A stretch of 63,847 nt of DNA, filler included, from Octopus bimaculoides (lineage: Eukaryota), in NCBI RefSeq assembly GCF_001194135.2. It is 5 parts of 5 records of this genome, joined end to end, with 100 filler letters (N's around TTAATTAATTAA, not from the genome) between each part and the next. Parts side by side here need not be neighbours in the genome. Positions count along the whole stretch, not along the records: positions 45,592 to 61,452 come from NC_068983.1; positions 61,553 to 63,847 come from NW_026297175.1; 3 more parts are not named here. One strand, 5' to 3'. Shown in pieces: positions 53,580 to 63,847 of this stretch. A model generated the notes under the pieces. It did not search any database. It saw only the letters and a program-made list of their open reading frames with translations, and was not told where the DNA came from. Every line of letters begins with the position of its first letter. Within the stretch, counting starts at the first letter, position 1. A program made the translations under genes and the position numbers.

Positions 53580-53964
53580 AATAATAATCGATGAACAAAG
53601 CGGAAAGTTGGTTTGGCATTACTCTTTATTCAGTACGACGACCGTTTCGACCCCTCCCGCGACCGCCCTTCATGAGTGGGATGTTGTACATTCAATTGTG
53701 TTGCATCGATCCGTGCAGTCAAGGTCACGGATACAACGGTAAAAAGAAAATCAACGTAGCTGCCTGAAATCAATATATTTAGCGGGACACCACTTTATTT
53801 ATGCATATATCTGATGTGACCCTGACTGCACGGATCGATGCAGCACAGTTGAATGTACAACATCCCGCCCATGAAGGACATTCGCAGGATGGGTGGAAAC
53901 GATCGTTATACTGAATAAAAACTAATGCCAAATCTATTTTCCGCTTCAGTCATCGATTATTATT
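53580..53964. mobile_element. Palindromic element, about 150-bp arms and 87-nt spacer
   Basis: 53580-53728 is the reverse complement of 53816-53964 (e.g. GCATCGATCCGTGCAGTC / GACTGCACGGATCGATGC). Confidence 0.9.
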
Positions 53965-54014
53965 ATTATTATTATCATTATTATTATTATTATTATTATC
54001 ATTATTATTATTAT

Positions 54015-54638
54015 TGAGTGAGAGAGCAGTGCATGCCATCAAAGTGACACTGGAGTAAAATATACGAAGCCCAGTATACCCATCATGACTACCCGTCTGA
54101 TAAGGGTACACCAGGCACATGCATCACAACCACATGTGCGCGACATGGTGATCTCATATCAAGATAAACAGCGCATGACCTCGCAGGTGGAGCTCAGTTA
54201 GAATTTTCTTCAGGTCGAGTAGCCCATTCTGCTCAAAAGGTCCCTGAATAAGTTTTGTTTAAGGATGTTGTACAAAACACCCATATTTCCAAAAGTGAAT
54301 TATTCAAACCCCAAAGAATTCCTCTCAACACNNNNNNNNNNNNNNNNNNNNNNNNNNNNNNNNNNNNNNNNNNNNNNNNNNNNNNNNNNNNNNNNNNNNN
54401 NNNNNNNNGCTCCCCCACTACCTCTGCTCATGATCAGAGATGCACATATCGTCAGCCACCAAGAGACATGCTCAACTGGTTAAGGTGAAACAACTGGCAA
54501 GCAAATCTGTGGTATTGAGCAGAATATTTGCTATAACCCATCTTTTATACCAAGACAAAACAATGTACATGATAACACTTCCAATCAATTAAGATCAGAA
54601 GCCATGAGAGCCACTGCCTGGTACTGCATCAGGGCATA
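54015..54638. mobile_element. About 620-bp non-coding element embedded in an (ATT)n microsatellite
   Basis: Unique-looking body bounded sharply on both sides by (ATT)n (about 53958-54014 and 54639-54675). No ORF, TIR or tRNA head seen. Confidence 0.55.
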
Positions 54639-54675
<37 letters not shown>

Positions 54676-54676
<1 letters not shown>

Positions 54677-54800
54677 AGGTGGCGAGCTGTCAGAATCGTT
54701 AGTACGCTGGGCAAAATACTTAGCAGCCTTTCGTCCCGTCTTTACATTCTAAGTTCGAATTCCGTTAAGGTCAACTTTACCGTTCGTCTTTCCGGGGTGA
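54676..54800 (+). mobile_element. SINE family A, 5' part
   Basis: GGTGGCGAGCTGTCAGAATCGTTAG..AAGTTCGAATTCCG. Confidence 0.8.
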
Positions 54801-57800
54801 AGACTCTTTTTTCAGGGCATGTGGAAAAAGCGGTAGTTGGAAAAATTCGTTCTTGTGGTATTTCTTTCTGACAATAAATGGCCCGTATATAACTACAACG
54901 TTTTTGTTTTTGTTTTTCGTTTTTTTTTTGTTTCGATATTTTACATTCTGTACTTAGGCATATTGTAATTGTGTTTCTAAAATCTTTCTTCTAGAATGTT
55001 CGCTTTGAATGACATAACCTGTAACTGTTAATACGCTGTGTCATGCATTTATCAGACTATCAATTCCACCGAGGCCTTCAAACCAGTACTATGTTCCTCT
55101 TTATAACATACTCTAAATAATACTGATTACTTTTACACAAGCTACACGGAAGAAGATTTTAAATTCCCAGTGAGCTATAATCCCATATAGTTTTCCTTTA
55201 CTATCTCTATTCCCTGTTTTCCTTTATATTGACGTCCACCATGAGGAAAATAAATGAAAGTAACATGTTCTTTTTGCCATTAATAGATAAAGATCTTTTT
55301 CTAAGTCAAAAGGTAGAAGATTTTATCCAGTAACTCCCAGTTTAAAACCATTACTATCTTGGTGCTTGGATGAATATAGCAGAAAACACTGTTTAAGCAT
55401 TCGTGATAGGATCCGGTTTCGTTTTTCTCCTCGCATCTGATAGACGTTTGACTGATCAAATGCTGATGCCTACAGAGCGAGCTTATTTCTAACCAGCATA
55501 TCCTACACTCGTATTACAACTACTTGAAAGACTTTGAAATTATATTTCTAATCGCTAACCTGCAAATCTTTCAGATAAACGGTTGTTCAAAGGACTCTCA
55601 GAAAGCTTTGGATAGCTTTTCTGGAATACCCAGATGGCATGTACTCTCTTTCACTTACTGAAGTACATCTAATACTCTTAGAAAAAAAACCCAATTAACT
55701 CTAGAATATTCCTAATTTCCATTTCTCAACCAAGATGACTTAATAGATAACACCCTCGTTGATAAAAACAGTATTTAATACCCGCTTCGTTTTCAAATCA
55801 ACAATGGAAAATACTTTGGTTCTGATTAGTTTTTGACTCCCTTAAAGCTCATGTAAGACTCACGCTTAAGTGCTACTCACATACCAGGAACATTTTAGCC
55901 GTACAAACATTCTAAACCACATCCAGAAGAAGACAATCCCCTTGATAGCAAGTCTCATTGACCAACAGGTTACAAACACGAGTTGATGAAAGTGATCTTC
56001 TTTCTCCTACAGCAGCCTCTACATTTTAAATAAGTAGGCTGCGTATCATTTCAGCACCGGCCCATTCAACATGGATGCATTTCTTCATTCTGTCGTGTCT
56101 CTTCCTTAGTCTTTCGTTACCTAACACTAAATTCTTTCTCATTCATTCCTCTCCAAATTGCATCTCTCTAGAATTCATTCCCAATAACCACATTTTTTCC
56201 TACAAGTGCCAATCCACTTACGTTCCAACTGAATATGAACTATATTAATTTGCTGAAATTCATAAAGGTTATAGGTATTAGGCTTTCTCCTTCTATCACT
56301 TAATAAGAGAAAACCCTCTCACGTCATACAATAAAATATGAATGCTGAAATGCTGATGAAGAAAAGTAGCAGAGAAGGTTAACTGCTCTTAAAAGAAATC
56401 TAATAAAGTGAACGCCAATATAACTTATGTTTGTTTAAGTAGAGTCCGTTAGGGAATTTCGACTTTGTAATTTGGAAATATCATCAGATAACACTCAGAG
56501 AAACCTTGTTGTAACAGAGAGTTTTATCTTGATATTTAAGACAGTTATAAGTCGTCTGATTAAAAGTGCATGTACTTTAGAAGGGAGAGAAATTGAAGTA
56601 TATTATGAAGTAAACAACTTTATCCGTTTAATGAAGATAACTATGAAATAATATAGGCAAAATTCCTTGGAGGGATAACGAAAATAGTGGGTTATTGAAA
56701 TGAATACGCTCTAAACAAGTTGATTTCGTGTAAGTATCATTTGAGAATAGAGTGGAAACTTGTATCACTTGTTTAAATCAAAATGATATTTAAGTCACCA
56801 GTTGGGGGTATTGAAACTGAGAGGAAATTGAGTGAAATGAATGGTAAATATTTAATATGCCAATACAAATGTTTTCACGGCGGGGAAGGGGGTATTAGTC
56901 TATGTATTTTTTATATTTTATATTTCATGTAGTTTGTTGGATTATATGTTTGCACCGAGTCGAGGTTTGGGATACAATGGAAGTATGTTTCAAAAGTGAA
57001 AGACGGAAGGTTTTGAAACATAAAACGACTGTAATACAAAATTAATTTTGTTGATTGTAAGCTACCCAATTATTTTATGACAAAATAACGATTTAAATAA
57101 TTATACAAAGAGTGCAAAAACTTATCTTGTTTAACTGAAAAAACAAGAATGTAAAGAGTGAAATACGTAAGGCGTTAGTTGGCATGATGAGACTACGAGT
57201 AAGGAGATTGTAAGGATCAACTGAACTATTTAAATTGCTTTAGAGCTAAGGGATTTAGACTATAGACACTATTTTTAACAATGTATTGTAAAATTTAGTC
57301 ATAAATTATTTAGTCATAAATTAAGACAAGCAAAAATTCAGAAAATCCCACTTAAAGTAAGATCGGCTGCTACTTACAGTACCAATAATTAATACCTTTG
57401 TTTTGATACACTGATTCCATTTACAACATTGATTCTGTAATTTCCAAGATGTAATATCTTTGAGGTGGAGAAATTGGTTTTCATACTTGCACTTTAGACA
57501 TTAAACTGAGTTGCCTGCAAATCCTCCCAAGCATATTACCTAATAATATATACAATACGTTTAATTCAAAACCATTTCTTTATTGGTTTTCTCACCAATT
57601 ATTACATCGTTTGTTGATGTACGTCGATATAAGATTCACACACACACACACACACATACACACACACACACACACACACGCACATACACACACACACATA
57701 CATACATACACACACACACAACAGCAACAACAACAACACGGTCCGTCGTTGTCCATGGCTCTAAGTCTTGGCTTGTACTTAGGGAAAAAAGAGTTTAGAA

Positions 57801-58284
57801 TATACTTGGACATTAAATTTTTCTAGTGACGAACATTTTTGTGATATGAGCGCTGCTCTCCAAATATTCGTTGTTAAACTGGTATCAAGCAAAAACAAGC
57901 AAGATAACCAGACACTCCAAATACCGTAGATTTAAAGTGAGCGATTTCGCCCATACGGATTTACATACGCATATAAAGGCAAATATTTCTCCGTAAACCA
58001 GCCGATTAGTAAAGACTTTAATATCAATTGATAAATAATTACAAAATAAAAAAACACAGGATTTACGTACTTGCTTTTGTTAGCTTACAACTGTTTAGGC
58101 TCTAAGTACGCATGCACACTGAGTTGATTGCGAGGGTGATATCTTATAGCTAGCGCACGACTGTTTGAACGGAGTGTATCTTCATTGAGGAAAGCATTTA
58201 AACATATAGTTGAATACTCCCAGACACACTTATAATATAATATACGAAATATATATATATATGTGTGTGTATGTGTGCGTGTGA

Positions 58285-58330
<46 letters not shown>

Positions 58331-58359
58331 GAGAATATACAAATAATAACAACAGACGA

Positions 58360-58578
58360 GGACAGGTGGTGTAAATAACAAAAGTATATATTAGTATGAC
58401 GCTCGGGAATACGGAAAGTCTTTGACGTTTCGAGCTACGCTCTTCAACAGAAAGAATACGGAGACAAGGAGAAAAACACGGAGAAAAAAAATTGAATAGT
58501 GTTCAGTCAACGGTCAATCATAATAATGGCCGATCATAACAATGGCTGACCGGAAGTTAGAAATTCTTATTTCAAGAG
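58360..58578 (-). mobile_element. Penelope-type repeat end with hammerhead-like motif at 58419-58455
   Basis: Reverse complement TCTTT-CTGTTGA-A-GAG-CGTAG-CTC-GAAA-CGT-C-AAAGA. Confidence 0.65.
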
Positions 58579-59055
58579 AGCTAAGAAAGGGGGAGATAAN
58601 NNNNNNNNNNNNNNNNNNNNNNNNNNNNNNNNNNNNNNNNNNNNNNNNNNNNNNNNNNNNNNNNNNNNNNNNNNNNNNNNNNNNNNNNNNNNNNNNNNNN
58701 NNNNNNNNNNNNNNNNNNNNNNNNNNNNNNNNNNNNNNNNNNNNNNNNNNNNNNNNNNNNNNNNNNNNNNNNNNNNNNNNNNNNNNNNNNNNNNNNNNNN
58801 NNNNNNNNNNNNNNNNNNNNNNNNNNNNNNNNNNNNNNNNNNNNNNNNNNNNNNNNNNNNNNNNNNNNNNNNNNNNNNNNNNNNNNNNNNNNNNNNNNNN
58901 NAGGAGGGAGAAGGGGAAGGTGGATGTAAGAGAGGGGGAAGATGGGTATGGGAGGGGAGAGGAAGAGAGGAGAGAGGGTGGGTATAAGAGAGGGAAGGTG
59001 GATTAAGAGAGGGGGAAGGTGGGTATGGGGGTATATATATAAAGACATGTGTGTA

Positions 59056-59100
<45 letters not shown>

Positions 59101-60295
59101 ATTTTCCAGTAGTCCTATGCTCTCTGTGAGATCCAGTGGTATAAATTTTTTAAATGCAGGCATGTTAAAAATAAAATTCATACTTCCTTTGTTTACCTTG
59201 AATATAATTATGTTTCTCTGTGATACGAACATGTAATAACATTCGAACAGGTTTTCACATTATCAGTAGGATCACAAGGTAAGGCGATGTTTGAAATTAA
59301 TTTAATGTGATTGACGTAAAATCAAACACTGAATATTGTAAAGAAAGTCAGATTGCGTTTTCCTTATTTCTACATTACACCTAAGAATTGCTGGGATTGT
59401 TAGGGTCCGAATTTAAGCAAGAGCTAAGCTGAGTCGTCATTGCAAATCTACACAGATTTCTGAATGATCGCGAAACGGTGAAACTTAAGCGTCACTGGTT
59501 TCATATTAAAAGAACAAAGATCTTTTCTACACTATGTACTGAGCGCTTATTTCGACTTATAAACCACGTACATACATATCTTCATTCTAGAATACATGTA
59601 TGTGTATGTGTGTGTGTTCATGTGTGTGTATCTATATCTATATATATATATATTTATATACATTCATATATATATATATATTTATGTATGCATATATACA
59701 TACACCTTCAATAGTTTGCTATATGAATAATTACCTTAGTCATTTCTACAACATTAAACGCACAGTCCCCCAGGGAATGTAGCCAAATACAACCTCCAGT
59801 AATATGTCTAAGCAAAATATCTTCTTATAATTGATCTTCACCTGCCACTAACGGTTATTGCTTTCTCTCTGAAAATGGACGCCGCTTAACTCTGCATATT
59901 AACTTGGTAGCGGTGGTGGTGGTGGTGGTTGTGAGGCTGGTAGAGTAACAAAATCGTTATGGCTCTTGGATAAAATCCTCAGCAGTATCTAGTGCCTTAA
60001 GTCTTTAATTCAAATTCGTGCGTGCTCAATTTTATTTTTCTTCCATCAAGTCTCCATAAAACATCGGGATCAATTTGACAAACTAGTTTACTCCTGCCAA
60101 ATTTGCAGCTTTGTGCTTATGTTAAAGCACTTATTCTTATTGTTATTGTTGCTATTACTTTTATGTTCGTATTAACCAAGAGGATAATATCTGCAATATT
60201 TTCCAATGTGGGCTCCTTCATAGATCCAACATCTTTATATAAAGATAAGTAACAAAATTTAAAAGATGCATGATTATGTACACACATAGTGCCGG

Positions 60296-60515
60296 CATTG
60301 ATTTCAAATTTTGGCACAAGGCCAACAATTTCCGTAGAGGGCAAGCCGATTACATCAACCCCAGTGTCCAGCTGATGTTTATTTCACTGACCCCGAAAGG
60401 GTGAAAGGCAAAAGTCGACCTCGGGGAAATTTGTACTCAGAAAGTAAAGACGAACGAAATGCCGCTAAGCATATTTTTCCCAGCGTGCTAACTATTCTCC
60501 CAACTCTCCGCCTTA
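60296..60515 (-). mobile_element. SINE family A
   Basis: TTTCAAATTTTGGCACAAGGCC..CCCCGAAAGGGTGAAAGGC..GCCGCTAAGCA. Confidence 0.85.
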
Positions 60516-61421
60516 TTAAGGTAAGAAATATAGGTAAATACACTATATAATGAACTGAATATAAACATATATATCTATCTTATGACCCATGTACATATGA
60601 AATTTGGCTATAAGTGGATAAGTTTTCACGCTCTTATTTGTTACGAGAATGATAGGTCCAACACAAATGCCACATCTTGGTATTTTTAAATATCTACATT
60701 TTATTTTATGATGTAATCGGTTTATTCATCAATAATAAAAAACGCGACTCAAACAGCTGTAGGCAACATTAACCAATCTGTGTTCTTTCTTTAAATAAAT
60801 ACACACGCACACAAATACGTGTGTGTGTGTATGTATATATATATATGTGTATATATATATATGTATATATATATATATGAAATAATTCTTTTTTAGAACA
60901 GTTTAATTTGATGCAGACGAAGCTATAAATAATAGTATGTAAATATTGGGTTGAAACCCTTTTCCTTAGAAAAATATGAAGATAACCCTTGGAATCTGAA
61001 TCTATATCTCCCCTAAGTATCACAACCGTCCCAGCAAAGGACCCAGCCAATCCTTCGAATTTTTCTATTCATTTTACAAACACCATGCTTATCAGCGAGA
61101 ATTGTATGCTGCTGACATGTTAAGAATTTAGAAACGTGGAGTGGATATAAAATAATCCCTGTTTTTTCTTTTGGAATGGTTGAACTCGAAGTAAGTAAAG
61201 CTATAAATATTGGGGATTGGGTGAAGAATCCTTTGAATAGAAAATCGAAGGCTGTCCTTATCTGTGTGTAAGTGCGCGTTGTGTGTATGTGTCTTTGTGT
61301 GTGTGTATGTAAATGTATATATGTATACATATATAAGCATACATATATATAGGTAGATGTATAATATGTATAGATATAGATAGATGTAGATCTAGATATA
61401 TATATTGGGTATGTATGTATG

Positions 61422-61452
<31 letters not shown>

Positions 61453-61677
61453 NNNNNNNNNNNNNNNNNNNNNNNNNNNNNNNNNNNNNNNNNNNNTTAA
61501 TTAATTAANNNNNNNNNNNNNNNNNNNNNNNNNNNNNNNNNNNNNNNNNNNNATTCACTCGCTTTTATATACGTGTGTAGATATGTATTATACACGCACA
61601 CATATACACACACGCACAGACACATTAATTCATACATTCACACATTTTTATATATATGCGTATATATGTATTATATA

Positions 61678-62585
61678 TAGGCACAGGAGTGGCTGCATGG
61701 TAAGTACCTTGCTTATTAACCACATGGTTCCGGGTTCAATCCTACTGTGTGACACCTTGGGCAAATGTATTCTATAGCCTCGGGCCGACCAAAACCTTGA
61801 GTGGATTTGGTAGACGGAAATTGAAAGAAGCTCGTCGTGTATGTGTGTGTTTGTGTTTGGCCTCCAATATCGCTTAGCAACCGATGCTGGTGTGTTTACA
61901 TCCTCGTAACTTAGCGGTTCGGCAAAAGAGACGGATAGAATAAGTACTAGGCTTACAAAGAATAAGTCGTGAAGTCGATTTGCTTTATTAAAGGCGGTGC
62001 TCCAGCATGGCCACGGTGAAATCACTGAAACAAGTAAAAAAAACATACACACACATGTATTATTTTATGTAGTCGTTGGTTTGTATAGCTACCGGTCATT
62101 CTGGGGCATTGCTTTGAAGCGTTTTAGTCGGACAGATCAACTCAAATACTTAGATTTTTTTTTTCTTTTCAAAAATTTAGATAGTCTGTCGGTCTCTTGC
62201 TAAATAACTCTGCAACGTGGACGGAAACAAACCAACACCTGCTGTCAAGCGGTGGGAAGGTGGAGACAAACACACACACACACACAAATAATCATACGAT
62301 GGGATTCCACACAGTTTCCGTCTACTAAATCCACTTCGCATTTGTTGGTCGGGATTGTAATACAAAATACTTGACAACCGGTATGGGTTTGTTTACGTGG
62401 GCCCTATCTTAGTCGTTTAGCAAAATAGACCGACAAAATGAGATTGTTCATACGAATTAGATATTTAAAAAAAATAAGTTTAAAAAATGTACTGTGGTCA
62501 ATTTATTCGACTACAGCCATTCAATGCAGTGCCCCAGCATAGCCGCAGTCCAACTACAGAAACCAATAAACGATAAAAGATAAAG
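61678..62585. mobile_element. Three SINE family B copies (61678-62045 +, 62070-62345 -, 62370-62585 +)
   Basis: Head GGCACAGGAGTGGCTGC.TGGTAAG and shared body and tail motifs. Confidence 0.85.
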
Positions 62586-62589
62586 AATA

Positions 62590-63012
62590 CCGTAAATCCT
62601 CGAGTATAATCCGCACTTTTTCCCAAAATTTAAAGGTCAAAATCCCTAGTGCGTACTATATACGAGATTAAAAATGAAAAATATTTTCTAAGCAAAATTT
62701 TCTAAGTGATAAATATGTAAAGGCAATTTACTTAATATTTATTTTTCACTAACGTTATTACTGTTATTTCTTTATTTTCTGCAAACAAAGTGTACAAAAA
62801 AGCTACACGTTTGCATTATGTTATAAATACAATAATAATAAAGGACGTTACCGTATATATGTTTACAAACCAAGGACGTTATATAGACCTCCTTGACTCA
62901 AGTTAAAGAAGGGGTGCGTATTATACGCAAGGTTTAGGTTTTCAGAGGTACAACCCCCTAAAAATCCCCTGCTTATTATACTCAAGGGCGGACTGTACTC
63001 GAGGATTTACGG
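62590..63012. mobile_element. Tc1/mariner (pogo/Tc2-like) MITE
   Basis: TIRs CCGTAAATCCTCGAGTATAATCCGC / GCGGACTGTACTCGAGGATTTACGG, TA duplication at 62588-62589 and 63013-63014, internal subterminal repeats (GCGTA.TATA..C). Confidence 0.9.
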
Positions 63013-63661
63013 TAATACGTTTCGAACGATTACAAGTGTTGATAAAACGCATTTTAAAAGTATTTGTAGAACACGTAAAAAGCAACAAATGGAAAAAAAA
63101 GAATAACAAACAAGATGAAACCCTTGGTGAATAAGACTTTATACTAGGTTTTCATAATATTTATTTTCGCTGTTAATATGCGTATTAAACAGAATCTAAA
63201 CGACCATACGCTTTTTCATACATCTTGAGATATATACATAAATACATATATTGTATGTACATATACATATATATATATATATGCATACATATATGTATCT
63301 ATATATATATGTATATATATATATATATGTATGTATGCATATGTACAGATATATAATATATACACACAGATATAGAGTAATATGTTTTTAGAATAGCATC
63401 TGTAATGAATTTTGCATTACGTCCCATGCTAAGCAGACGAGCTGTTAGGGAGTTCGAATGACAGAACCTTCTTTGGTTAAATATTTATTAGTTCAATTAA
63501 ACTCTGTACAACACACGTACACACGCGCATCTCCACACACATACACACACACACACACACACGCATATATATACGCGAATGGATATATATATATATATAT
63601 CATAAAAGACAATACATTCCCGTATGCATAACTAAGCGTACACAAGAATGTATACACACAC

Positions 63662-63732
<71 letters not shown>

Positions 63733-63740
63733 TATATATG

Positions 63741-63847
63741 CAGTGATACCTCGCAGTACGAGTTTAATTCATTCCATGACTGAGTTCGTCTTATAACTTA
63801 CTCGTTTTACAAATCAATTTTCCCCATTGAAATTAACTAAAATATAA
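63741..63847 (+). mobile_element. Probable Tigger-like DNA transposon left end, cut by the window edge
   Basis: CAGTGATACCTCGCAGTACGAGT resembles CAGT..ACCTCG Tigger termini. The partner TIR is not in the window. Confidence 0.45.

Noticed and set aside
55300-56250. Possible L1/Tx1-type endonuclease relic (FSWNVSGL on the minus strand)
   Set aside because: Only one short motif recognisable; too decayed to bound or classify.

Overview
Eukaryotic, AT-rich, gap-ridden draft-assembly sequence, dominated by microsatellites and dispersed repeats. The SINE families and repeat landscape look like a coleoid cephalopod, probably Octopus; this is inference from pattern recognition, not a database hit. 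No complete protein-coding gene can be supported. Most listed ORFs are translations of (AT)n/(GT)n/(ATGT)n tracts or run through N gaps. Supported features: three tRNA-derived SINE families (about 30 copies); R4/Dong-clade RLE retrotransposon relics; an RTE LINE whose 3' end carries several C2H2 zinc fingers; CR1/L2-type LINE relics; mariner/Tc1/pogo and hAT DNA-transposon derivatives with TIRs and target duplications; and Penelope-type repeat ends. The most interesting signals are hammerhead-ribozyme (HHR) motifs. One is a near-complete minimal type I HHR at the apex of a 420-bp palindromic element, with a mirror copy on the other strand. There is also a second palindrome of similar architecture, and a three-copy repeat family that shares a non-canonical CUGUNGA core. 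A few short unique islands have phase-consistent splice signals and may be exons of unidentified host genes (low confidence).
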